The notes below the pieces were generated by a model that saw nothing but the letters and a program-made list of their open reading frames with translations, was not told the DNA's origin and ran no database searches. From Candidatus Nanohaloarchaea archaeon (GTDB taxonomy: Archaea > Nanohalarchaeota > Nanosalinia > Nanosalinales > Nanosalinaceae): a stretch of 32,551 nt of DNA. The position numbers were made by a program, and so were the translations under genes. Shown here one piece after another: positions 1 through 9,624 of this stretch (position 1 is the stretch's first letter; each line of letters opens with the position of its first letter). Location of the stretch: assembly GCA_047617745.1 (NCBI GenBank), contig JBLGBN010000008.1, forward strand, positions 1 to 32,551, in the 5' to 3' direction.

Positions 1-2168
1 GGTGTCAGTATCAGTGCTTCGGAGCTGGAACTGCTGAAAACTTCAGGGAAGAAAGCGGTTCCCAGCAGTATTCCGAAGAAAACCACAAGCACCTCTCCTG
101 CGTTGGCTGAAAGCAGGTAGTTCACGAACTTTCTGATATTGTCGAATATTCCTCGGCCTTCTGCGATTGCGTCTCTGATTGTTACGAAATTATCGTCCTG
201 TAAAACCATGTCAGAGCTTTGTTTGGCTACATCTGTTCCTCTTTGTCCCATTGCTATGCCGACGTCGGAGTTTTTGAGTGCTGGTGCGTCGTTCACACCG
301 TCTCCAGTCATCGCTACGTTGTGGCCTTTATGCTGAAGCGCCTGTAGTATTCTTACTTTGTGTTCAGGAGATACACGGGCAAATATCTCGACTTCCTCCA
401 CCTCCTCTCTTAATTCGGCGTCACTCATCTCCTCTACTTCGCTGCCTGTCAGCGCTTTATCTGACTTGAAGCCTATCTGTTCTCCTATGGCCTTAGCTGT
501 CTCGATATTGTCTCCTGTCGCCATCACCACTTTGATGCCGGCTGTCCGGCAGTCTTCCACAGCATCTCTTACTTCTTCTCTTGGAGGGTCTATCATTCCC
601 TGTAAACCAAGGAAGACTAGATTGGATTCTATTTCATCTTCTTCCGCGTCTGGATCAGTATCCTCCTTCCTCGCAAATCCTAGTACTCTTAATGCGTCCT
701 GTGCGAATTCGTGGTTTTTGTCGAGTATTTCCTGTTTTCTTTCTTCAGTTAGTTCTTTCTCTTCGCCGTCTATCAGTATTCTGTTACACCGGTCTAGTAC
801 TGTTTCTGGTGCGCCTTTCATGTATGCGGTTTTATCTTCGGTTACCACCGTCATTCTTTTCCGATCTGAGGAGAACGGTATACTGGTCAGCCTTTCCTTT
901 TTCTCGGTTAGCCCCGCTTTATACGCTGAAACAAGCAGAGCGATTTCAGTAGGTTCTCCAAAGAACTCTTTTTCATCGGCTTCAGGCGCTTTTTCGGCAT
1001 TGTTGCAGTGAAGACCGCATTCCAGTAGCGGTTCCAGATCTTTGTTTGCATTTTTACCGTTTCGCTGGAACTCCCCTTCTGTATCTAACCCGCTCCCGGT
1101 TGCTTCGTATTCCTCCCCCGAGAAGAAGGCTTTTTCCACAGTCATCACTCCTTCTGTAAGTGTGCCGGTCTTATCTGTGACAATAAAGTCTACCGATCCA
1201 AGGCTTTCCACCACGGGCAGTCTTCTTACCAGCGCATTCTTTTCCAGCATTTTTTTCGAACCAAGTGCAAGTGTAAGGGTCACAACTGCAGGTAATCCTT
1301 CCGGTACCGCTGCCACCGCAAGAGTAATAGCTACAAGTAGAACCGTTAACGGACCTGCTGACGTGAAGCTGAACTGTATAAGTCCAACCAGTCCGATTAT
1401 CCCAAATATTCCATAGCCGATCTTCCTTCCCAGTTCATCAACCTCTTTCTGGAAAGGTGTTTTCCGGTCCTCGGCCTCCTCTATCTGTTCTGCTATATCG
1501 CCTACCTGGGTGTCCATTCCTGTTCTGGCGACCACAGCTTTACCTCGGCCTTTAACCACGTTTGTGTTCATGTAGACCATGTTCTCTCTATCAGCCAGTG
1601 TGACATCGCCCTGTAGCTCTCCTGATTCTTTCGATACTGAGCTGCTTTCTCCGGTTAACGCAGATTCATCTGTCTCCAGATTGTTTGACTCGATTATTCT
1701 GGCATCTGCAGGTACTGCATCGCCCTGTTCCAGAAAGATTATATCTCCTGGAACAACTTTCCGTGAGTCTATTTCTTTCTTCTCACCGTCTCTTAGAACT
1801 GTGGTTTTTGGTGTGGAAAGATCTTTCAGTGCGCGTATAGACTTCTCTGCCTTGTAGTCCTGTATGAACCCGAATAGGCCGTTGGCGAGAAGTATAAGCA
1901 GTATAAGCCCGGCTTCTGTGTATTCGGGAGAGTGACCGGGTAAAAGACCTATTCCGAGGGATAGAACTGCGGCAAGTATAAGTATGTATATCAGGAAGTC
2001 ATGGAACTGGCCCAGAAAGATTTTTACTGGTGAAACCTCGTTCTCGTCTTCGATTTCATTGTCGCCGTACTTCTCCCGTCGCTCCTCCACTTCCTCGGAA
2101 CTTAATCCTTTCTCACTGCTCCCAAGTTCGCTGAAAGCTTCGTCGACACCGGTTCTGTACCATTCCAT
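1..2168 (-). CDS. Cation-transporting P-type ATPase (P2A/Ca2+-type like), 3' end outside window
   Basis: Not in the ORF track. My translation from ATG at 2168 gives [27 protein letters not shown]...; it contains [21 protein letters not shown] and [10 protein letters not shown] motifs. Confidence 0.93.
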   Translation of the reverse strand, partial: MEWYRTGVDEAFSELGSSEKGLSSEEVEERREKYGDNEIEDENEVSPVKIFLGQFHDFLIYILILAAVLSLGIGLLPGHSPEYTEAGLILLILLANGLFGFIQDYKAEKSIRALKDLSTPKTTVLRDGEKKEIDSRKVVPGDIIFLEQGDAVPADARIIESNNLETDESALTGESSSVSKESGELQGDVTLADRENMVYMNTNVVKGRGKAVVARTGMDTQVGDIAEQIEEAEDRKTPFQKEVDELGRKIGYGIFGIIGLVGLIQFSFTSAGPLTVLLVAITLAVAAVPEGLPAVVTLTLALGSKKMLEKNALVRRLPVVESLGSVDFIVTDKTGTLTEGVMTVEKAFFSGEEYEATGSGLDTEGEFQRNGKNANKDLEPLLECGLHCNNAEKAPEADEKEFFGEPTEIALLVSAYKAGLTEKKERLTSIPFSSDRKRMTVVTEDKTAYMKGAPETVLDRCNRILIDGEEKELTEERKQEILDKNHEFAQDALRVLGFARKEDTDPDAEEDEIESNLVFLGLQGMIDPPREEVRDAVEDCRTAGIKVVMATGDNIETAKAIGEQIGFKSDKALTGSEVEEMSDAELREEVEEVEIFARVSPEHKVRILQALQHKGHNVAMTGDGVNDAPALKNSDVGIAMGQRGTDVAKQSSDMVLQDDNFVTIRDAIAEGRGIFDNIRKFVNYLLSANAGEVLVVFFGILLGTAFFPEVFSSSSSEALILT

Positions 2169-2179
2169 TTTTTGATCAG

Positions 2180-3589
2180 CTACGATACATGTACGTTCTC
2201 GTTTTTTGCGTCCTCACATGCTTCTGCAAACGCTTCCGGGAAAGTAGGATGCGCATGTACGGTCCTTGTAACGTCGTCTAGATACGCCTGCATTTCAAGA
2301 GCAAGAATTGCCTCAGCGATTATATCGGATGCTCTAGGGCCAAGTATCTGGACTCCAAGGAGCCGTCCTTCATCATTCGCGACCACTCTGACAAAACCTT
2401 CTTCCTGGTTTGTGGAGAGTGCTCTTCCGGATGCGGAGAACGGGAATTTCCCGATTTTGATATTATCATGTTTTTCCTCTGCTTTTTCTGGATTCATTCC
2501 GGCGACCGCAATCTCGGGGTCTGTATAGATAACTTTAGGGATATACTGGTTGTCCATTGCTTCGTTTTCGCCGGCTATAACGTCTGCAGCAACTTTACCC
2601 TCCCGATAAGCTTTGTGAGCTAGCATTGGCTGTCCGGCTGCATCTCCGATAGCGTAGATACTGTCGTCGGAGGTTTGCATCTGTTCATCTACTTCAAGGA
2701 AACCGTCTTTGGTTTCCACCTCGGTGTCCTCAAGACCGAGTCCTTTTAGCGCGGGTTCCGCGGTTCTACCTGCGGCTACCAGAATATAGTCTCCACTGAT
2801 CTCGACTTCTTCACCTTCTTTTTCGGCTACCAGAACTGCTTTATTGTCTTTATACTCCACCTTTTTTGCTTCGGTACTGGTGTAAATCTCGTCGTTGTAG
2901 CATCCGCTCACTTCCTGTATTTCCTCGACAAGCTCCTGATCGAAGTTTGGCAATACGTTTTCTCTTGCTTCGACGACCTTTACCTTTGATCCAAACTTAC
3001 AGAACTTTGTTACTGCCTCCATTCCGATGTAGCCGCCGCCAACCACAACTATTTCATCCGGTATTTCATCGAGTTCAAGTAGTTCTCGGGAGGAAATTAT
3101 CTTTTTCTTGTCAAATTCGAGGCCAGGGATTTCGATTGGCTGTGAACCCGTAGCTATTATGGCGTTGTCGAACTTGATGGTTTCTGCGTTGTGCTCCATC
3201 TCGATTCTGGCAGTATTGGAGTCCTGGAAGAAAGCTTTTCCTTTCTTGAACTCAACTCCGTGTTTGTTTAACCGGCTTTCAATCCCTTTATCAAGTCTTT
3301 CAACCACGCTGTTCTTCCACTCCTGTATCTCTTGGAAGTCAACTTCGAGATTATCTGTATGGATGCCGATTTCGTTCCAGTGTTGGATATCTTCCTGGAA
3401 GCCAGCTGCATGGATCAGAGATTTTGCCGGTATACAGCCGTGGTTAAGGCATATACCTCCGATTCCTTCCTTGTCGGCCAGGACGACTTCAAGTCCTTTC
3501 TGCGCGGCTCTGATCGCTGCTGTGTAGCCTCCAGGCCCGGCCCCGATAACCAGCAGGTCTGCACCCTCCTCTATATCGCCGACTACTAT
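2180..3589 (-). CDS. lpdA: Dihydrolipoamide dehydrogenase (E3)
   Basis: GAGPGGY FAD-binding motif, GGICLNHGCIP redox disulfide, C-terminal HAHPTFPE. Start placed at ATA 3589 (IVVGD = family MVVGD); alternative is GTG at 3598. Confidence 0.95.
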   Translation of the reverse strand: MVVGDIEEGADLLVIGAGPGGYTAAIRAAQKGLEVVLADKEGIGGICLNHGCIPAKSLIHAAGFQEDIQHWNEIGIHTDNLEVDFQEIQEWKNSVVERLDKGIESRLNKHGVEFKKGKAFFQDSNTARIEMEHNAETIKFDNAIIATGSQPIEIPGLEFDKKKIISSRELLELDEIPDEIVVVGGGYIGMEAVTKFCKFGSKVKVVEARENVLPNFDQELVEEIQEVSGCYNDEIYTSTEAKKVEYKDNKAVLVAEKEGEEVEISGDYILVAAGRTAEPALKGLGLEDTEVETKDGFLEVDEQMQTSDDSIYAIGDAAGQPMLAHKAYREGKVAADVIAGENEAMDNQYIPKVIYTDPEIAVAGMNPEKAEEKHDNIKIGKFPFSASGRALSTNQEEGFVRVVANDEGRLLGVQILGPRASDIIAEAILALEMQAYLDDVTRTVHAHPTFPEAFAEACEDAKNENVHVS

Positions 3590-3598
3590 CTGGACCAC

Positions 3599-5056
3599 CT
3601 AAAGTTCGAGTATCATGTTTTCAGGGTCTTCCAGGTTTTCAATTACATCATTCATAAACTTTGCTGCATCTGCTCCATCAATAACTCGGTGGTCGTAACT
3701 GAGCGATAGTTTGACAGTCATTCTTGGCTCTATTTTCCCTCCTACTACTTCTGCAGTCTCCTGTATCTTTCCAATCCCAAGTATTGCAGTCTGAGGATAG
3801 TTGATGATAGGTGTAAATTCTTCGCCACCGATTACGCCGAGATTGGTGATTGAGAATGTGCCGTTCCGCATCTTTTCCTGCGATAATTCTCCGTTTCGGG
3901 CTTCTCCGGCTTTCCGGTTTACCTCCTCCGCGATCTCTAGTATATTTTTCTCGTCAATATCTTCAACCAGTGGGACCATTAATCCGTTGTCTGTATCTAC
4001 CGCGATATTGAAGTCGTAATGGTTTTTCAGGACAACGCTGTCTTCTTCCTCGTCAAGCTCTGAGTTCAGCCTTGGGTGTTTCTTCAGCGCAAGATAGACT
4101 GCTTTCATAATGAAGGGAAGATAGGTTAGATGCGTGTCTGTTTTGTCCTTTTTCTCTTCCCTCAGCTCTACCAGTTCAGTTACGTCGGCTGTGTCGAAGT
4201 GTGTTACGTGTGGAGCGGTAAACCTTGATTTTTCCATCCGGTCTGCGATTGTCTTGCGTGTCTGCGACATCTTCACCCGTCTCTCATCGCCTTCAATATC
4301 AATAACGTCGGATTTATCCCTGTTTCCAGTGTCAGATTTTTTGTCCTTTGCCGCGTTTAAGACATCTTCACGGGTAACTTTACCTCCTCTTCCGCTTCCC
4401 TCAATGTTCTGTATTCGGATTTCTTTTTCTCTAGCCAGCTTTCTGACCGACGGTGTTGCGAGGACGTCCGATTGATCAGACTCTTTTTCTGGTTCGGTAG
4501 CTCTGGTTTCAGCTTCATCTTCCTGAACCTCTGTATCGGCTTCTTGCTGCTCTCTGTTTCCAGAGTCCTTTTCGGCAGCATCTAGAACCTCCTCTTCTGT
4601 TATCCTTTCACCTGTTTTGATAGAGGCTAGATCTACATTTTTCTCTTCAGCCAGCTTCCTGACTTTCGGCAGGGCAAGCACTTCGCCCTCTAACTCAGTT
4701 TCCGTGGCTGACTGTTCTTCCTTCTCAGCTTCCTCCGGCTCTATCTCCACTTCATCCGTTTCCTGCCTTTCTTCGCTCTGCTGCTCCTTTACATCATTGG
4801 ACTCATTATTTTCCTGCTCAGAGCCTTCAACATCTAGAATCATTATGACATCTCCAACTTCTATATTATCGCCGGGGGATGCCTTAAGCTCTTTAACTGT
4901 CCCGTTGGAGGGTGCGGGAATATCCACTACTGCTTTATCTGTCTCTGCTTCCCCGACTACCTGATCTTCTTCTACTTCATCCTCTTCTTCAACTTTCCAT
5001 TCGAGGAACTGTCCTTCTGTCACTCCTTCGCCGGTGTCGGGAAATTCAAACTTGAT
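3599..5056 (-). CDS. pdhC: Dihydrolipoamide acyltransferase (E2)
   Basis: Lipoyl domain ETDKA, two peripheral-subunit-binding repeats, catalytic DHRVIDG. Start is either ATC 5056 (SD-spaced) or GTG 5065. Confidence 0.93.
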   Translation of the reverse strand: MKFEFPDTGEGVTEGQFLEWKVEEEDEVEEDQVVGEAETDKAVVDIPAPSNGTVKELKASPGDNIEVGDVIMILDVEGSEQENNESNDVKEQQSEERQETDEVEIEPEEAEKEEQSATETELEGEVLALPKVRKLAEEKNVDLASIKTGERITEEEVLDAAEKDSGNREQQEADTEVQEDEAETRATEPEKESDQSDVLATPSVRKLAREKEIRIQNIEGSGRGGKVTREDVLNAAKDKKSDTGNRDKSDVIDIEGDERRVKMSQTRKTIADRMEKSRFTAPHVTHFDTADVTELVELREEKKDKTDTHLTYLPFIMKAVYLALKKHPRLNSELDEEEDSVVLKNHYDFNIAVDTDNGLMVPLVEDIDEKNILEIAEEVNRKAGEARNGELSQEKMRNGTFSITNLGVIGGEEFTPIINYPQTAILGIGKIQETAEVVGGKIEPRMTVKLSLSYDHRVIDGADAAKFMNDVIENLEDPENMILEL

Positions 5057-5065
5057 TTTAACCAC

Positions 5066-6034
5066 CTAGAATTCCAGAACTCTTTCCAGTCCTTTAACAG
5101 CCCGTTTTTTGTTCGGCATGTAGTAATCTTCAAGCGTGTAGAGCGGGTAAGGCACGTCAGGACCGGTAACACGTTCAACCGGCGCCTCCATGTGAAGTAT
5201 CTCGTTTTCCTGTATTCTTGACGCTATCTCTGCGCCAAATCCGGCGCTTTTCGGAGCTTCATGTAGAACCATTGCCCGGCCTGTTTTCTCCACTGAACTG
5301 TAGATTGTTTCGTAATCTGTAGGGTAGATTGTTCTGAGATCTATTATTTCGACGTCCGCATTGACTTCGTCCGCTGCGTCTTCTGCGACAGGGATCATTG
5401 CACCCCAGGCAATTAATGTGACGTCTTCTCCTTCCCGGGCTATTCTGGCCTTCTCCAGCTCTACTTCTTTCTCCCGGTCAACATCTTCCTTGAAAGCCCG
5501 GTAGATTTTCTTCGGTTCCAGGAACACTACAGGGTCGTCAGTCTGGATTGATTTCCTGAGAAGCGAGTATGTGTCCTGCGGAGTGCTTGGTATCACGACG
5601 TGCAATCCTTCAGCGTGTGCGAAGAAAGCTTCAGGTGATTCCTGGTGGTGCTCCAGGGCATTTATCCCTCCGCCGTAGGGCGCTCTCATTGTCAGAGGTA
5701 CATTGTAGTCTCCTCTGCTTCTTATTCTCATCCTTGCTGCGTGTTCTTTCATCTGGTAAAAAGCCAGGTAGGAAAAACCGGAGAACTGCATTTCCACTAC
5801 AGGTCTGAAGCCGTACAAGCTCATCCCTATAGCGGTTCCGGCTATCCCTGACTCTGCCAGAGGCGAAGAGAAACATCTTTTCTCTCCAAACTCTTCCTGC
5901 AATCCTTCCGTGGCACGGAAAACCCCGCCGTCCTCACCGACGTCTTCCCCGTAAGCTATTACTTTTTCATCCTGTTCCATTTCATCGTGGAGCGCTGCGT
6001 TAACAGCTTCAACTATATTCATTTTCTCCGACAT
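5066..6034 (-). CDS. pdhB: 2-oxoacid (pyruvate) dehydrogenase E1 beta
   Basis: GEDVG..GGVFRAT, PLAESGI and EHHQESPE motifs; SD GGAGGTGG and TAATG overlap with pdhA. Confidence 0.93.
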   Translation of the reverse strand: MSEKMNIVEAVNAALHDEMEQDEKVIAYGEDVGEDGGVFRATEGLQEEFGEKRCFSSPLAESGIAGTAIGMSLYGFRPVVEMQFSGFSYLAFYQMKEHAARMRIRSRGDYNVPLTMRAPYGGGINALEHHQESPEAFFAHAEGLHVVIPSTPQDTYSLLRKSIQTDDPVVFLEPKKIYRAFKEDVDREKEVELEKARIAREGEDVTLIAWGAMIPVAEDAADEVNADVEIIDLRTIYPTDYETIYSSVEKTGRAMVLHEAPKSAGFGAEIASRIQENEILHMEAPVERVTGPDVPYPLYTLEDYYMPNKKRAVKGLERVLEF

Positions 6035-7089
6035 TATTCCCCCACCTCCAGATCCTGTTTCAGTTCCTTCTTTTCTTCCTTCAGCAGTTCGGGCATCTCG
6101 CCATAGACATAGTCAAACAGTTCGTCGAACTCCGGTTCGTCCGCTTCAATTGCTTCCTGAGCTGCCTCGTTCACTTTTTCCTCTGCGTCTTCACCGTAGT
6201 TTTCGAGTTCCTCGCTCCAGATATCGTTTTCCTTTAGGTATTCTCTGAAACGTTTGAGCGGGTCCTTTTCTTTCCATTCCTCGACCTCTTCATCATCTCT
6301 GTATCTCGTGGAGTCATCTGACGTTGTATGGTCCTCCAGTCTGTATGTTAAAGCTTCAATTAACACAGGTTCGCCGTTTTCCGCTTTTTCCTTCGCCTCT
6401 CTGACAGCTTTAATTACTGCCAGTATATCGTTTCCGTCGACCTGTATTCCGTCTATTCCATATGCGATGGCTTTCTGCGCCAGTGTTTCCGACTTTGTCT
6501 GACCTTCGCGTGGCATTGAGATTGCAAACTGGTTGTTCTGCACAAAGAAGACCGAGTGTGCGCTGTAAACCCCTGAGAAGTTGAGAGCCTCATGGAAATC
6601 ACCTTCCGAAGTGCTTCCGTCCCCGGTAAATCCTAGAACTATGTTATCATCTCCTTCGAACTCCATCGCCATTCCAAGCCCGGCGGTGTGAAGGTTCTGT
6701 GTGCCTACCGGTATCGCTACTGGTAAGGTGTTCAGTTCGGATAGATCTTTCTGTCCGTTGGCGTCACCCATCCATCTCTGGAATATTTTGTCTAGGGGGG
6801 CGCCTCTCATAATGAATGCTGCGGTTTCTCTGAAGCTTGGAACGATCCAGTCGTCCTCTCCCAGAGCAAATATTGATCCTATCTGCGCGGCTTCCTGTCC
6901 TTTGTGAGGTGCGTAGGTCGATATCTCTCCTCTCCTCTGAAGTGAGAATGCTTTTTCGTCGAATTTTCTGGCCAAAACCATCTTTCTGTAGAGTTTTTTT
7001 AGTTCCTCTTCGTCTAACTCGAGGTCTTCGTCTGAATCCATTACCTCGATTTTTTCGATACTCTCCGAGAATACTTCTTCACGCCCCAT
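6034..7089 (-). CDS. pdhA: 2-oxoacid (pyruvate) dehydrogenase E1 alpha
   Basis: TPP-binding GDGSTSEGDFHEALNF...NNQFAIS; YRLEDHTTSDD loop. Confidence 0.93.
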   Translation of the reverse strand: MGREEVFSESIEKIEVMDSDEDLELDEEELKKLYRKMVLARKFDEKAFSLQRRGEISTYAPHKGQEAAQIGSIFALGEDDWIVPSFRETAAFIMRGAPLDKIFQRWMGDANGQKDLSELNTLPVAIPVGTQNLHTAGLGMAMEFEGDDNIVLGFTGDGSTSEGDFHEALNFSGVYSAHSVFFVQNNQFAISMPREGQTKSETLAQKAIAYGIDGIQVDGNDILAVIKAVREAKEKAENGEPVLIEALTYRLEDHTTSDDSTRYRDDEEVEEWKEKDPLKRFREYLKENDIWSEELENYGEDAEEKVNEAAQEAIEADEPEFDELFDYVYGEMPELLKEEKKELKQDLEVGE

Positions 7090-7095
7090 CTAAAG

Positions 7096-7140
7096 TCACC
7101 GGGTTTCTACTTGATGAGAAGGTCTTTGATTTTCGATCAT
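7096..7140 (-). CDS. Putative 14-aa leaderless upstream ORF (MIENQRPSHQVETR) of the pdh operon
   Basis: ATG lies 25 nt after a TTTATATT box (7173-7166); its TGA stop is part of the GGTGA SD 6 nt before the pdhA ATG. Confidence 0.4.
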   Translation of the reverse strand: MIENQRPSHQVETR

Positions 7141-7242
7141 TATACTTGGGAATCCCTCGTTCTCGAATATAAAGGGTTGTTTGCGACCCCTCGGTGAATA
7201 TTTCCGGTAGATTGAAAACACTCTGTAGACAAATTCTTTGAT

Positions 7243-7497
7243 ATGCCAGAGAAGAAAGCAGTCAATGCTTTAAAGTACGCACTTAGCAGAGAAATTCTGA
7301 AGCTTTTCGGAGTGATAGTCGCTGGATGGGTAATGATAGCCGCCGGAGTATATATGTCGGCTGATCCGTGGAGATTTAGATTCATACTGTACAGGATTCT
7401 CGAGCCTGTTCTATATCTAGGCGGGACACTTGTATTCTATGCTGGGCTGGTGGCGATGATTTACAAAGTTATCAGCGATGCGACAACAGGGTTGTGA
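7243..7497 (+). CDS. Small hypothetical membrane protein (two hydrophobic helices)
   Basis: 84-aa ORF filling the gap between divergent operons; hydrophobic segments LFGVIVAGWVMIAAGVYM and LYLGGTLVFYAGLVAMIY. Confidence 0.7.
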   Translation: MPEKKAVNALKYALSREILKLFGVIVAGWVMIAAGVYMSADPWRFRFILYRILEPVLYLGGTLVFYAGLVAMIYKVISDATTGL

Positions 7498-7549
7498 CTC
7501 AAAGGTTAAGCCGGTAACCTAAATAACGGCGCAGAGAAATTTATTGACA

Positions 7550-9583
7550 ATGCTGGAAAACCTGTTCTCGCCTGATAAAGTAGCAGTGGTTGGTGCTTCA
7601 AGACATAAAGGGAAGACCGGCCACGAGATTTTTGATAACCTGATTCATGGCTTTGAAGGTGAAGCCTATCCGGTCAATCCGAAAGCGGAGGAAATTGAAG
7701 GCGAGAAAGCGTATGATGAAATCCAGGAAGGAACGGATCTAGCGGTTATAGCAGTTCCTGGCAAAATTGTGCCTGATGTCATGAGGCAGTGCGGGGAGAA
7801 AAATGTTGGCGCTGGTATAATAATATCTGCAGGGTTCTCGGAGACGGGAAACGATGAAAGAGAGCAGAAAGTTCTGGAAATTGCTGAGGAAAATGATATC
7901 CAGCTCCTCGGACCGAACGTTCTCGGACTGATAAATACTGAGAACTCGATGAACGCCAGTTTTGCATCCAAAATGCCTGAAAAAGGCGGTATATCTTTCA
8001 TGAGTCAGAGCGGAGCGTTCTGTACTGCAATTCTTGACTATGCAAAAGCGGAGCATATAGGTTTCCGGCACTTCGTCTCTCTTGGAAATAAGGCGATGCT
8101 GGATGAGATTGATTTGCTGGAGAAATGGAGGAAAGATGAAACAGATGTTATACTGTCGTACACTGAGGGAATTGAAAACGGCAGAGATTTTATAGAAGAG
8201 GCGGAGAAAACATCCTGGGAAAAACCGGTAGTAATGGTTAAATCCGGTAGAACAGATGAAGGAGGATCTGCAGCCTCTTCACACACAGGTTCAATTGCTG
8301 GAAGCTATGAAGCTTACAAGGCTGCTTTCAGGAAAGCAGGTATAATCGAGGCTGAGTCAAACAGGGAGCTACTGAACTTTGGAAGAGCGTTCGACTATCA
8401 GCCGCTGCCTGAAGGCGACAGGGTTGCTGTTATAACCAATGCTGGAGGCCCAGGGGTTATAACTGCCGATGAAATATCGGAGAGAGGTCTGGAACTGGCA
8501 GAGCTTTCGCAGGAGTCACGTAACAGACTGGAAAATGAAATGCCGGAGGAAACAACTATCCATAATCCTCTGGATGTTATAGGCGATGCCGGGCACGAAA
8601 GATACAGTTCTGCACTCGAAGCTCTGGGAGAAGACGGTAACGTTGATTCTATAATAGTGTTACTTACTCCCCAGGCCAACACCGAGATACGGAAGACAGC
8701 AAGAACCATCGCCAACCAGGCTGATAGTATAGAAAAACCGGTCTTGGCCTGCTTCATAGGAGAGAAAGATATCCAGAAAGGGATAGATATTCTGGAAGAT
8801 AAAGGTATACCGGATTTCCAGGACCCGAAAGATGCGGTAAAAGTTCTGAAGCAGATGAACAGTTACAGAAGATTCCTCGAGACCGAATACACCTACAAAG
8901 AAATCAAATACAATTCAAGTAAGGCGGAAGAAGGGCTTGCAAACCTTGAAGGATACGAGGATGCAGAGAAACTGCTCTCAGCTTATAATTTTGATCTTGC
9001 GTTAACAGAGGTTGCTGAGGCGCCTCTTCCCGCAGTCAAAGCAGCGCAGAATGTCGGTTACCCAGTGGTGCTTAAAATCGATTCGCCTGACATTAGACAT
9101 AAGACAGATATAGGGGCTGTTAAGACAGGACTGGAGAACAAAGGAGATGTGAGGGATGCATTCAATGAGATTGTTAACAACGTCCATATAGAGGCTTCAG
9201 GTTCGACTATTAACGGAGTCCAGGTACAGGAACAGCTGGAAGGACTGGAGATAGCGCTAGGGATGAAACGCGACCCACAGTTCGGCCCGATGGTTATGGT
9301 TGGCCTAGGAGGAGTTTACATAGAGGTATTCAACGATGTCAGCTTCGGCATAGCTCCGATATCGGAACAGGAAGCTCAGCAGATGATAGATGAACTCCAG
9401 AGCCATGAAATATTCGAAGGTGTGAGAGGAGAAGATCACGACCTTGAACCTGTTAAGGATGCCGTAATCCGGTTAGGTGAACTGGCTTTGAACCATGAAG
9501 AGATAATGGAAATAGATCTCAACCCGGCGATACTGAGAAATGGAAAACTCTACATCACAGATATCGTTGTTGAAACCAGTTAG
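7550..9583 (+). CDS. Acetate-CoA ligase (ADP-forming), fused alpha/beta
   Basis: VAVVGAS, GPNVLG, SQSGA, ASSHTGSIAG phospho-His, NAGGPG, and C-terminal ATP-grasp GYPVVLKI..HKTDIG..DPQFGP. ATG 7550 preferred over TTG 7544. Confidence 0.92.
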   Translation: MLENLFSPDKVAVVGASRHKGKTGHEIFDNLIHGFEGEAYPVNPKAEEIEGEKAYDEIQEGTDLAVIAVPGKIVPDVMRQCGEKNVGAGIIISAGFSETGNDEREQKVLEIAEENDIQLLGPNVLGLINTENSMNASFASKMPEKGGISFMSQSGAFCTAILDYAKAEHIGFRHFVSLGNKAMLDEIDLLEKWRKDETDVILSYTEGIENGRDFIEEAEKTSWEKPVVMVKSGRTDEGGSAASSHTGSIAGSYEAYKAAFRKAGIIEAESNRELLNFGRAFDYQPLPEGDRVAVITNAGGPGVITADEISERGLELAELSQESRNRLENEMPEETTIHNPLDVIGDAGHERYSSALEALGEDGNVDSIIVLLTPQANTEIRKTARTIANQADSIEKPVLACFIGEKDIQKGIDILEDKGIPDFQDPKDAVKVLKQMNSYRRFLETEYTYKEIKYNSSKAEEGLANLEGYEDAEKLLSAYNFDLALTEVAEAPLPAVKAAQNVGYPVVLKIDSPDIRHKTDIGAVKTGLENKGDVRDAFNEIVNNVHIEASGSTINGVQVQEQLEGLEIALGMKRDPQFGPMVMVGLGGVYIEVFNDVSFGIAPISEQEAQQMIDELQSHEIFEGVRGEDHDLEPVKDAVIRLGELALNHEEIMEIDLNPAILRNGKLYITDIVVETS

Positions 9584-9624
9584 TTAGGCGCAGTATTTTT
9601 GAATTTCTCGTATAATAATGTGGT

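Noticed and set aside
139..2175. Several plus-strand ORFs (65-217 aa)
   Set aside because: Ser/Phe-rich antisense shadows of the P-type ATPase on the minus strand.
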